DNA of 64,000 nucleotides from Rebecca billardiae RCC1528 (GCA_965240325.2 OZ251225.1:2480001-2544000), one strand, 5' to 3'; shown: positions 38,603 to 50,543, counted from the stretch's first letter. The notes: generated from the letters alone by a model not told the origin. Program-made: numbers and translations.

Positions 38603-38635
<33 letters not shown>

Positions 38636-38830
38636 GGGCGGCGGGCTCGGCGGCGGCGACGGCGGTGGCGGCGGTGGCGAGCTGGGCGGTGGTGGCGACG
38701 GCGGCGGCGATGGCGGCGGCGGCGGCGGCGGGCTCGGCGGTGGCGGGCTTGGCGGCGGGCTCGGCGGCGGCGACGGCGGTGGCGGCGGTGGCGAGCTGGG
38801 CGGTGGTGGCGACGGTGGCGGCGATGGCGG

Positions 38831-38863
<33 letters not shown>

Positions 38864-39400
38864 GGGCGGCGGGCTCGGCGGCGGCGACGGCGGTGGTGGC
38901 GGTGGCGAGCTGGGCGGTGGTGGCGACGGCGGCGGCGATGGCGGCGGCGGCGGCGGCGGGCTCGGCGGTGGCGGGCTGGGCGGAGGGCTCGGCGGCGGCG
39001 ACGGCGGTGGCGGCGGTGGCGAGCTGGGCGGTGGTGGCGACGGCGGCGGCGATGGCGGCGGCGGCGGCGGCGGGCTCGGCGGTGGCGGAGACGGCGGCGG
39101 GCTTGGGGGCGGCGACGGCGGTGGCGGCGGTGGCGAGCTGGGCGGTGGTGGCGACGGCGGCGGCGATGGCGGCGGCGGCGGCGGCGGGCTCGGCGGTGGC
39201 GGAGACGGCGGCGGGCTTGGGGGCGGCGACGGCGGTGGCGGCGGTGGCGAGCTGGGCGGTGGTGGCGACGGCGGCGGCGATGGCGGCGGCGGCGGCGGCG
39301 GGCTCGGCGGTGGCGGAGACGGCGGCGGGCTTGGGGGCGGCGACGGCGGTGGCGGCGGTGGCGAGCTGGGCGGTGGTGGCGACGGCGGCGGCGATGGCGG

Positions 39401-39433
<33 letters not shown>

Positions 39434-41338
39434 GGGCGGCGGGCTCGGCGGCGGCGACGGCGGTGGCGGCGGTGGCGAGCTGGGCGGTGGTGGCGACGGC
39501 GGCGGCGATGGCGGCGGCGGCGGCGGCGGGCTCGGCGGTGGCGGGCTTGGCGGCGGGCTCGGCGGCGGCGACGGCGGTGGCGGCGGTGGCGAACTGGGCG
39601 GTGGCGGCGACGGCGGCGGCGATGGCGGCGGCGGCGGCGGCGGGCTCGGCGGTGGCGGGCTGGGCGGCGGGCTCGGCGGTGGCGACGGCGGTGGCGGCGG
39701 TGGCGAGCTGGGCGGTGGTGGCGACGGCGGCGGCGATGGCGGCGGCGGCGGCGGCGGGCTCGGCGGTGGTGGGCTTGGCGGAGGGCTCGGCGGCGGCGAC
39801 GGCGGTGGCGGCGGTGGCGAGCTGGGCGGTGGTGGCGACGGCGGCGGCGATGGCGGCGGCGGCGGCGGCGGGCTCGGCGGTGGCGGAGACGGCGGCGGGC
39901 TTGGGGGCGGCGACGGCGGTGGTGGCGGTGGCGAGCTGGGCGGTGGTGGCGACGGCGGCGGCGATGGCGGCGGCGGCGGCGGCGGGCTCGGCGGTGGCGG
40001 GCTTGGCGGAGGGCTCGGCGGCGGCGACGGCGGTGGCGGCGGTGGCGAGCTGGGCGGTGGTGGCGACGGCGGCGGCGATGGCGGCGGCGGCGGCGGCGGG
40101 CTCGGCGGTGGTGGGCTTGGCGGAGGGCTCGGCGGCGGCGACGGCGGTGGCGGCGGTGGCGAGCTGGGCGGTGGTGGCGACGGCGGCGGCGATGGCGGCG
40201 GCGGCGGCGGCGGGCTCGGCGGTGGCGGAGACGGCGGCGGGCTTGGGGGCGGCGACGGCGGTGGTGGCGGTGGCGAGCTGGGCGGTGGTGGCGACGGCGG
40301 CGGCGATGGCGGCGGCGGCGGCGGCGGGCTCGGCGGTGGCGGGCTTGGCGGAGGGCTCGGCGGCGGCGACGGCGGTGGCGGCGGTGGCGAGCTGGGCGGC
40401 GGCGGAGAGGGCGGTGGCGAGGGCGGCGGTGGCGGCGGCGGAGATGGCGGTGGCGGGCTCGGGGGCGGGCTCGGCGGTGGCGAAGGCGGTGGCGGAGGCG
40501 GCGAGCTGGGCGGCGGCGGCGACGGCGGCGGCGATGGCGGCGGCGGCGGCGGCGGGCTCGGCGGTGGTGGAGACGGCGGCGGGCTTGGGGGCGGCGACGG
40601 CGGTGGCGGCGGTGGCGAGCTGGGCGGTGGTGGCGACGGCGGCGGCGATGGCGGCGGCGGCGGCGGCGGGCTCGGCGGTGGCGGAGACGGCGGCGGGCTT
40701 GGGGGCGGCGACGGCGGTGGCGGCGGTGGCGAGCTGGGCGGTGGTGGCGACGGCGGCGGCGAAGGCGGCGGCGGCGGCGGCGGGCTCGGCGGTGGCGGGC
40801 TCGGGGGCGGGCTCGGCGGCGGCGACGGCGGTGGCGGCGGTGGCGAACTGGGCGGTGGCGGCGACGGCGGCGGCGATGGCGGCGGCGGCGGCGGCGGGCT
40901 CGGCGGTGGCGGGCTGGGCGGCGGGCTCGGCGGTGGCGACGGCGGTGGCGGCGGTGGCGAGCTGGGCGGTGGTGGCGACGGCGGCGGCGATGGCGGCGGC
41001 GGCGGCGGCGGGCTCGGCGGTGGTGGGCTTGGCGGAGGGCTCGGCGGCGGCGACGGCGGTGGCGGCGGTGGCGAGCTGGGCGGTGGTGGCGACGGCGGCG
41101 GCGATGGCGGCGGCGGCGGCGGCGGGCTCGGCGGTGGCGGAGACGGCGGCGGGCTTGGGGGCGGCGACGGCGGTGGTGGCGGTGGCGAGCTGGGCGGTGG
41201 TGGCGACGGCGGCGGCGATGGCGGCGGCGGCGGCGGCGGGCTCGGCGGTGGCGGGCTTGGCGGAGGGCTCGGCGGCGGCGACGGCGGTGGCGGCGGTGGC
41301 GAGCTGGGCGGTGGTGGCGACGGCGGCGGCGATGGCGG

Positions 41339-41371
<33 letters not shown>

Positions 41372-41566
41372 GGGCGGCGGGCTCGGCGGCGGCGACGGCG
41401 GTGGCGGCGGTGGCGAGCTGGGCGGTGGTGGCGACGGCGGCGGCGATGGCGGCGGCGGCGGCGGCGGGCTCGGCGGTGGCGGGCTTGGCGGCGGGCTCGG
41501 CGGCGGCGACGGCGGTGGCGGCGGTGGCGAGCTGGGCGGTGGTGGCGACGGTGGCGGCGATGGCGG

Positions 41567-41599
<33 letters not shown>

Positions 41600-42364
41600 G
41601 GGCGGCGGGCTCGGCGGCGGCGACGGCGGTGGTGGCGGTGGCGAGCTGGGCGGTGGTGGCGACGGCGGCGGCGATGGCGGCGGCGGCGGCGGCGGGCTCG
41701 GCGGTGGCGGGCTGGGCGGAGGGCTCGGCGGCGGCGACGGCGGTGGCGGCGGTGGCGAGCTGGGCGGTGGTGGCGACGGCGGCGGCGATGGCGGCGGCGG
41801 CGGCGGCGGGCTCGGCGGTGGCGGAGACGGCGGCGGGCTTGGGGGCGGCGACGGCGGTGGCGGCGGTGGCGAGCTGGGCGGTGGTGGCGACGGAGGCGGC
41901 GATGGCGGCGGCGGCGGCGGCGGGCTCGGCGGTGGCGGAGACGGCGGCGGGCTTGGGGGCGGCGACGGCGGTGGCGGCGGTGGCGAGCTGGGCGGTGGTG
42001 GCGACGGCGGCGGCGATGGCGGCGGCGGCGGCGGCGGGCTCGGCGGTGGTGGGCTTGGCGGAGGGCTCGGCGGCGGCGACGGCGGTGGCGGCGGTGGCGA
42101 GCTGGGCGGTGGTGGCGACGGCGGCGGCGATGGCGGCGGCGGCGGCGGCGGGCTCGGCGGTGGCGGAGACGGCGGCGGGCTTGGGGGCGGCGACGGCGGT
42201 GGTGGCGGTGGCGAGCTGGGCGGTGGTGGCGACGGCGGCGGCGATGGCGGCGGCGGCGGCGGCGGGCTCGGCGGTGGCGGGCTTGGCGGAGGGCTCGGCG
42301 GCGGCGACGGCGGTGGCGGCGGTGGCGAGCTGGGCGGTGGTGGCGACGGCGGCGGCGATGGCGG

Positions 42365-42397
<33 letters not shown>

Positions 42398-42592
42398 GGG
42401 CGGCGGGCTCGGCGGCGGCGACGGCGGTGGCGGCGGTGGCGAGCTGGGCGGTGGTGGCGACGGCGGCGGCGATGGCGGCGGCGGCGGCGGCGGGCTCGGC
42501 GGTGGCGGGCTTGGCGGCGGGCTCGGCGGCGGCGACGGCGGTGGCGGCGGTGGCGAGCTGGGCGGTGGTGGCGACGGTGGCGGCGATGGCGG

Positions 42593-42625
<33 letters not shown>

Positions 42626-43162
42626 GGGCGGCGGGCTCGGCGGCGGCGACGGCGGTGGTGGCGGTGGCGAGCTGGGCGGTGGTGGCGACGGCGGCGGCGA
42701 TGGCGGCGGCGGCGGCGGCGGGCTCGGCGGTGGCGGGCTGGGCGGAGGGCTCGGCGGCGGCGACGGCGGTGGCGGCGGTGGCGAGCTGGGCGGTGGTGGC
42801 GACGGCGGCGGCGATGGCGGCGGCGGCGGCGGCGGGCTCGGCGGTGGCGGAGACGGCGGCGGGCTTGGGGGCGGCGACGGCGGTGGCGGCGGTGGCGAGC
42901 TGGGCGGTGGTGGCAACGGAGGCGGCGATGGCGGCGGCGGCGGCGGCGGGCTCGGCGGTGGCGGAGACGGCGGCGGGCTTGGGGGCGGCGACGGCGGTGG
43001 CGGCGGTGGCGAGCTGGGCGGTGGTGGCGACGGCGGCGGCGATGGCGGCGGCGGCGGCGGCGGGCTCGGCGGTGGCGGAGACGGCGGCGGGCTTGGGGGC
43101 GGCGACGGCGGTGGCGGCGGTGGCGAGCTGGGCGGTGGTGGCGACGGCGGCGGCGATGGCGG

Positions 43163-43195
<33 letters not shown>

Positions 43196-44530
43196 GGGCG
43201 GCGGGCTCGGCGGCGGCGACGGCGGTGGCGGCGGTGGCGAGCTGGGCGGTGGTGGCGACGGCGGCGGCGATGGCGGCGGCGGCGGCGGCGGGCTCGGCGG
43301 TGGCGGGCTTGGCGGCGGGCTCGGCGGCGGCGACGGCGGTGGCGGCGGTGGCGAGCTGGGCGGTGGTGGCGACGGTGGCGGCGATGGCGGCGGCGGCGGC
43401 GGCGGAGATGGCGGCGGCGGGCTGGGCGGCGGGCTCGGCGGCGGCGACGGCGGTGGTGGCGGTGGCGAGCTGGGCGGTGGTGGCGACGGCGGCGGCGATG
43501 GCGGCGGCGGCGGCGGCGGGCTCGGCGGTGGCGGGCTGGGCGGAGGGCTCGGCGGCGGCGACGGCGGTGGCGGCGGTGGCGAGCTGGGCGGTGGTGGCGA
43601 CGGCGGCGGCGATGGCGGCGGCGGCGGCGGCGGGCTCGGCGGTGGCGGGCTGGGCGGCGGGCTCGGCGGTGGCGACGGCGGTGGCGGCGGTGGCGAGCTG
43701 GGCGGTGGTGGCGACGGCGGCGGCGAGGGCGGCGGCGGCGGCGGCGGAGATGGCGGTGGCGGGCTCGGGGGCGGGCTCGGCGGTGGCGAAGGCGGTGGCG
43801 GCGGTGGCGAGCTGGGTGGTGGTGGCGACGGCGGCGGCGATGGCGGCGGCGGCGGCGGCGGGCTCGGCGGTGGCGGAGACGGCGGCGGGCTTGGGGGCGG
43901 CGACGGCGGTGGCGGCGGTGGCGAGCTGGGCGGTGGTGGCGACGGCGGCGGCGAAGGCGGCGGCGGCGGCGGCGGAGATGGCGGTGGCGGGCTCGGGGGC
44001 GGGCTCGGCGGCGGCGACGGCGGTGGCGGCGGTGGCGAACTGGGCGGTGGCGGCGACGGCGGCGGCGATGGCGGCGGCGGCGGCGGCGGGCTCGGCGGTG
44101 GCGGGCTGGGCGGCGGGCTCGGCGGTGGCGACGGCGGTGGCGGCGGTGGCGAGCTGGGCGGTGGTGGCGACGGCGGCGGCGATGGCGGCGGCGGCGGCGG
44201 CGGGCTCGGCGGTGGTGGGCTTGGCGGAGGGCTCGGCGGCGGCGACGGCGGTGGCGGCGGTGGCGAGCTGGGCGGTGGTGGCGACGGCGGCGGCGATGGC
44301 GGCGGCGGCGGCGGCGGGCTCGGCGGTGGCGGAGACGGCGGCGGGCTTGGGGGCGGCGACGGCGGTGGTGGCGGTGGCGAGCTGGGCGGTGGTGGCGACG
44401 GCGGCGGCGATGGCGGCGGCGGCGGCGGCGGGCTCGGCGGTGGCGGGCTTGGCGGAGGGCTCGGCGGCGGCGACGGCGGTGGCGGCGGTGGCGAGCTGGG
44501 CGGTGGTGGCGACGGCGGCGGCGATGGCGG

Positions 44531-44563
<33 letters not shown>

Positions 44564-44758
44564 GGGCGGCGGGCTCGGCGGCGGCGACGGCGGTGGCGGC
44601 GGTGGCGAGCTGGGCGGTGGTGGCGACGGCGGCGGCGATGGCGGCGGCGGCGGCGGCGGGCTCGGCGGTGGCGGGCTTGGCGGCGGGCTCGGCGGCGGCG
44701 ACGGCGGTGGCGGCGGTGGCGAGCTGGGCGGTGGTGGCGACGGTGGCGGCGATGGCGG

Positions 44759-44791
<33 letters not shown>

Positions 44792-45784
44792 GGGCGGCGG
44801 GCTCGGCGGCGGCGACGGCGGTGGTGGCGGTGGCGAGCTGGGCGGTGGTGGCGACGGCGGCGGCGATGGCGGCGGCGGCGGCGGCGGGCTCGGCGGTGGC
44901 GGGCTGGGCGGAGGGCTCGGCGGCGGCGACGGCGGTGGCGGCGGTGGCGAGCTGGGCGGTGGTGGCGACGGCGGCGGCGATGGCGGCGGCGGCGGCGGCG
45001 GGCTTGGCGGCGGCGGGCTGGGCGGTGGGCTCGGCGGCGGCGACGGCGGTGGTGGCGGTGGCGAGCTGGGCGGTGGTGGCGACGGCGGCGGCGATGGCGG
45101 CGGCGGCGGCGGCGGGCTCGGCGGTGGCGGAGACGGCGGCGGGCTTGGGGGCGGCGACGGCGGTGGCGGCGGTGGCGAGCTGGGCGGTGGTGGCGACGGC
45201 GGCGGCGATGGCGGCGGCGGCGGCGGCGGGCTCGGCGGTGGCGGGCTTGGCGGAGGGCTCGGCGGCGGCGACGGCGGTGGCGGCGGTGGCGAGCTGGGCG
45301 GTGGTGGCGACGGCGGCGGCGATGGCGGCGGCGGCGGCGGCGGGCTCGGCGGTGGCGGAGACGGCGGCGGGCTTGGGGGCGGCGACGGCGGTGGCGGCGG
45401 TGGCGAGCTGGGCGGTGGTGGCGACGGCGGCGGCGATGGCGGCGGCGGCGGCGGCGGGCTCGGCGGTGGCGGAGACGGCGGCGGGCTTGGGGGCGGCGAC
45501 GGCGGTGGCGGCGGTGGCGAGCTGGGCGGTGGTGGCGACGGCGGCGGCGATGGCGGCGGCGGCGGCGGCGGGCTCGGCGGTGGCGGAGACGGCGGCGGGC
45601 TTGGGGGCGGCGACGGCGGTGGCGGCGGTGGCGAGCTGGGCGGTGGTGGCGACGGCGGCGGCGATGGCGGCGGCGGCGGCGGCGGGCTCGGCGGTGGTGG
45701 GCTTGGCGGAGGGCTCGGCGGCGGCGACGGCGGTGGCGGCGGTGGCGAGCTGGGCGGTGGTGGCGACGGCGGTGGCGAAGGCGG

Positions 45785-45817
<33 letters not shown>

Positions 45818-48796
45818 GGGCGGCGGGCTGGGCGGCGGCGACGGCGGTGAGGGCTGCGCAGGCGGCGGGCTGGGCTCGGGCAGCGTGTTGTCGAGCGGGC
45901 ACGGCCACGCGTTGTGCGTGTTGTCGAGCAGTATGTGCAAGCTCTGCACCGCCGCCTGGAAGTCATCGGGCGGCAGCTGCATCGCGTCCTGCACCATCGT
46001 GATCACCTCGGCCGTGGTGTACGGGTACCGCACGTCAGAGTGGCCCGCGTTGAGCACGGCCGCGGCAGCGGTGCGCGAGAGCTGCCACCAGTTGTTGCCG
46101 AGGGCGTTGTTCGATTCGCCGTCATCCTGCATCACCTCGAGCAGCTCCCACGCGCCCGCGGCGCCTGCGCGGTCGAACCAGCCCGACTCTGCGGGCGTGA
46201 GCGCGAAGTGCGCGTTGAACGCGCTCGAGGGCGAGATGGCGGCGGGCCCCCACTGCGGGAGGTGGTTCTTCCAGTAGCCGGGCGTGCAAGCCTCGTAGCC
46301 CCCGGCGGGCGGAGGGCTGCTGAGGGGCGAGGGCGACGAGGAGGGCGATGCTGGAGGCGGTGGCGAGCTGGGCGGTGGTGGCGACGGCGGCGGCGACGGC
46401 GGCAGTGGCGGCGGCGGTGATAGCGGCGGCGGGCTGGGCGGCGGGCTCGGCGGCGGCGACGGCGGTGGCGGCGTGGGCGGCGGCGACGGGCTCGGCGGTG
46501 GCGGCGAGCCGTGCGCACCGATCGGCGGCGGCGGGCTCGGCGGCGGCGACGGCGGTGTCGGCGGTGGCGAGCTAGGAGGTGGCGACGGCGGCGGCGATGG
46601 CGGCGTTGGCGGCGGCGCAGATGGCGGCGGCGGGCTGGGCGGCGGGCTGGGCGGCGGCGACGGCGGTGGCGAGCTTGGCGGCGACGGCAGCGAGGGCTGC
46701 GCAGGCGGCGGGCTGGGCTCGGGCAGCGTGTTGTCGAGCGGGCACGGCCACGCGTTGTGCGTGTTGTCGAGCAGTATGTGCAAGCTCTGCACCGCCGCCT
46801 GGAAGTCCTCGGGCGGCAGCTGCATCGCGTCCTGCACCATCGTGATCACCTCCGCCGTGGTGTACGGGTACCGCACGTCAGAGTGGCCCGCGTTGAGCAC
46901 GGCCGCGGCAGCGGTGCGCGAGAGCTGCCACCAGTTGTTGCCGAGGGCGTTGTTCGATTCGCCGTCATCCTGCATCACCTCGAGCAGCTCCCACGCGCCC
47001 GCGGCGCCTGCGCGGTCGAACCAGCCCGACTCTGCGGGCGTGAGCGCGAAGTGCGCGTTGAACGCGCTCGAGGGCGAGATGGCGGCGGGCCCCCACTGCG
47101 GGAGGTGGTTCTTCCAGTAGCCGGGCGTGCACGCCTCGTAGCCCTCGGCGGGCGGAGGGCTGCTGAGGGGCGAGGGCGATGGCGGTGGCGGCGAGGGCGG
47201 CGGATTCGGCTGGCAGCCGCCGCACGCGCCCCACGCCTCCTCGTCCGTGCACAGCGTGCCCGCGTCCACACCGCCGACCAGGCACTGCGCGGTCGGGCTG
47301 TTCGTCTCGGCGATCGCCTCGCACTTGCCCGCGGTGAGCGCGGCGTTGTCCACAAAGCGGAGGCAGCCGTCGAGGTCGAGCGCGGCCGGGCCGCGCAGGA
47401 GCACCGCGCCGCCCTCGTTGGCCGCAGTGTTGTTCAGGAACGTCGCGTCCTCCAGAAGCACGCGCGCGCCCGTGCCCGTGGCGAAGAGCGCGCCGCCGTC
47501 CCTGCTCGCCGCGCACTCGGACAGCTCGGTGTCGAGCAGCCGCAGCTCGCCCCAGTGCACGTACACGCAGCCGCCGTCCTCACTCGCGCCCGAGCTGGAG
47601 AAGCGGCAGCCCGTGCACGTGCTGTGGTCGTCCTGCGTGGAGAACCACGCGCCGCCCAGCTCGGACGCGCAGTCCTCGAACGTGCCGCCCGTCACGGTGA
47701 GCGCGCTCTGGTCGGAGAAGAGGCAGCCGCCGGAGGCCGAGGCCGTGAGGCGCGCAAAGCTGCAGCTCGTGAGAGCGATCTGGGAGTCGTACGCGTAGAG
47801 GCCTGCGCCCTGGCTGCTCGCCGTGCCGTCGCGGAACTCGCAGTCGCTCAGCTCGATCTCCTCGCTCTTGCTCACGTACACGCCCGAGCCCTGGCCGCCC
47901 GCGTTGCCCGTGAAGGTGCAGCCGCTGATCTGGACGCGCCGCGCGTTCTCGAGCTCGACGGCGCCGTGCGCGGCGTTGGCGAAGGTGAGGCCGTGCAGCA
48001 GCAGGTCGAACGGCGAGTTGCCCCTCTTGTTGCCCACGCGCAGCAGGGGCTCGCTGTCCATGCCCGCCGCCGGGCTCAGCACGCACGCTCCCGAGGGGCA
48101 CGTGACCGAGACATCCTTCTTCTTGTCGATGCGCAGCTGCTCCGGCACAAGGTACGTGCCGGCGGCGAGCACGAGCGTGTCGCAGCCCTTGAGGTCCTCG
48201 AACGCGTCGACGAGGCTGAGCACCGAGGCGACCGGCACGGTGCGGCAGTTCCCGCCGCCGCCGCCGCCGCTGGAGAGCGCGACGACGGCCGGCGGCGGCG
48301 AGGGCGGCGGCGAGGGCGAGGGCGGCGGCGCGAGCGTCAGCACGCCCTCGAGGTTGTCAAAGTGACTGCCGCCGTCGCCCGTGCCGCACACGCCCTGGAT
48401 CTCGTCGTACAGCGAGCTGCGGTCCTCGAGCGAGCCGCGGATGACCACCTGCGCGGAGCACCCCGCGCCCGAGTAGAAGTCGTGCGTGAACGAGTCGTAG
48501 TTGAGCACGTCCATGCTGAGCTCCATCGGCAGGTACACGCGCGACCAGATCTGATCGTACGCGCCGCCGCCGACCGAGGCGAAGAACTTGATGCTGACGC
48601 CCTTCAGGTCGGCGGAGCCGCCGTAGGACGTGGGCGTGAAGGCGAAGGACACGGCCACCTCGTTGATCACGCCCGTCGTCGCCAGCTCCACGTACTCGAA
48701 GTTGTCCGTCGGGTGCGGCTCGCGCTCGCACTCGGAGCCACTGAGCAGCGAGGTGAACACCGCCGGGTCGTCAGGCTCGAGGACGACGTCGCAGCT

Positions 48797-48831
<35 letters not shown>

Positions 48832-50206
48832 AGGGCGGCGGGCTCGGCAGCGGCGGCGGCGACGGGCTCGGCGGCGGCGGCGGCGGCGAGGGCGGCGGGC
48901 TCGGCGGCGAGGGCGGCGGCATCGGCTCGCCCGTGGACGGCGTGAGCCACAGCACGCCCTCGAGGTTGTCAAAGTGGGACGTCTGGTTGTTCGTGCCGCA
49001 CACGCCCTGGATCTCGTCGTAGACGTGCGCGCGGTCCTCGAGCGCCGCGCGGATGATCACCTGCTTGCCGCACGGCACGCCCGCCGGGAACGCGTACGTG
49101 AACTCGCCGTGGTTGAGCTCGTCGAGGTTCATGTGCCCAGGCAGGTAGATGCGCGACCAGATCTGCTCGAAAGCGGCCCCGCCGATCGAGGCGAAGAACT
49201 TCATGCTGACGCCGATGCTCTCGGTGAACGTGCCGAAGGACGTGGGCGTGAAGGCGAAGGACACGGCCACCTCGTTGATCACGCCCGTCGTCGCCAGCTC
49301 CACGTACTCGAAGTTGTCCGTCGGGTGCGGCTCGCGCTCGCACTCGGAGTTGTTGAGCAGCGTGTTGAACGACACGGGGTCGGTGGGATGGAGGACGACG
49401 ATGCACAGCGGCGGCGACGGCGGCGACGGCGGCGGTGGCGGTGAGGGCGGCGGGGCCGGCGGCGGCGGCGGCGACGGGCTCGGCGGCGGCGGCGGCGGCA
49501 ACGGTGGTGGCGACGGCAGCGGCGGCGGCGACGGCGGCGGATTCGGTGGCGCGGATGGCGGCTGGGGGCTGGGCGGCGGCGGCGGGGAGGGCGGAGGCGA
49601 CGGAGGCGACGGAGGCACCGCCTCGCCCGAGGGCGGGATCAGCCGCGCCGTGCCCTCCAGATTGTCAAAGTGGTGGCTGCCATTGCCGCTCGTCGCGCAC
49701 ACGCCCACAATCTCGTCCGTCGTGAGCGAGCGGTCCTCGAGCGCGCCGCGGATCACGACGTCCGCGTCGCAGGACACGCCCGGCGCGAACGTGTACACAA
49801 ACGAGCGGTAGTTCATCTGGTCAAAGCAGATCTTGTCCGGGCCCGTGCCGGGCAGGAAGATCTGCGACCAGATCTCGTCGAAGGGCCCGCCGGCGAGCGA
49901 GGCGAAGAACTTCATGCTGACGCCCTTGCTCTGGTTGAACGTCTCGTACGACGTCGGCCAGAAGGCGAATGAGACGGCGAGCTCGTTCATCACGCTCGTC
50001 GTCGCGAGGACGATGTACTCAAAGTGGTCCGTCGGGTGCAGCTGACGCTCGCACTCCGAGCCGGAGAGGAGCGTGTTGAACGTCGCCGGGTTGGTGGGCT
50101 CCACGACCACGCGGCACGCGCCCGTGACGTTCGTCCCGGTGCCGTTCGTCGACGCGGCGACCGCAGGGAGGAGAAGCGCCCCAAGCGCGACGAGCGCGCG
50201 CACCAT
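13417..50206 (-). CDS. Giant (~12,194 aa) extensin-like GAIN/GPS polycystin-1-like membrane protein; exons 50206-27239, 27128-27106, 27010-13417
   Basis: Signal peptide MVRALVALGALLLPAVAA. GTGAG...GCAG introns at 27129-27238 and 27011-27105 join the 7668-aa and 4562-aa ORFs in frame (22968+23+13594=36585 nt). GPS motif CRFW...W...GC...C.CTHLTDF (16285-16389). PKD1-like TM segments follow it. Confidence 0.85.
17063..26480 (-). repeat. Coding Ser-Pro array 2 (~3,140 aa): 114-bp/38-aa units (~19845-26480), 63-bp/21-aa units in a 189-bp higher-order repeat (~17460-19845), then PAEGGGGPGGPAPPPS repeats
   Basis: Marker gggggagaag recurs every 189 bp from 17801 to 19691 (11 copies). gagctggg recurs at a 114-bp period. 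Confidence 0.95.
28041..45852 (-). repeat. Coding Ser-Pro array 1 (~5,900 aa, ~155 x 114-bp units; SSP6SP3SP3SP4SP7SP3SP4)
   Basis: gagctggg at 30219 and 30333 (114-bp period). Translation is nearly invariant despite third-position variation. Confidence 0.97.
45849..47179 (-). repeat. Recent internal duplication of the EACTPGYWKNH...SRTAAAAVLNA domain (45849-46336 and 46692-47179)
   Basis: ~488-bp copies 843 bp apart, differing at only about four positions by eye. Confidence 0.93.
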
Positions 50207-50514
50207 CGTGGCCCTTCGAGGCCTCCTCAGTAGCCCGGTTCGACTGGGTCCGACGAGCCCGCGCTGGGGGGGTCGGAGTCAACAGCGTGCGGCTCGGATG
50301 GCCCAGTGGCAAGCCAGTGGCCGCCCGCCGAACCACGGCCCTTGACCGAACGTCGCCGTACACGCCGTGCGTGCGTGCGCGCGCACGCACCCGGGCGGAG
50401 CTGGATGCGCTGTTTGAGTATATTTTGATGATGCGGCGGTCCTTTGGTTTGAGATTATTGGTGACGGGCTGACGGCCCCCCTTTTAAACGATGGGTGAGC
50501 TGCTGGCGCTAGCA

Positions 50515-50543
50515 GGCCAATAGGCGGTAGCCGCCTATTGGCC
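50515..50543. promoter_or_regulatory. Perfect 13-bp inverted repeat containing two CCAAT boxes, ~310 bp upstream of the giant gene
   Basis: ggccaataggcgg-tag-ccgcctattggcc. The regulatory role is an inference. Confidence 0.4.

Noticed and set aside
28041-45852. CRISPR array or non-coding satellite
   Set aside because: There are no unique spacers or cas genes, the context is eukaryotic, and the repeat is in-frame coding sequence.
17088-46277. Huge poly-Gly, poly-Ala and poly-Arg ORFs (2975, 6189, 5983, 6018, 5978 aa) in other frames and strands
   Set aside because: These are shadows of a stop-poor GGC repeat. Variation is synonymous only in the Pro/Ser frame, which alone connects to a signal peptide and recognisable domains.
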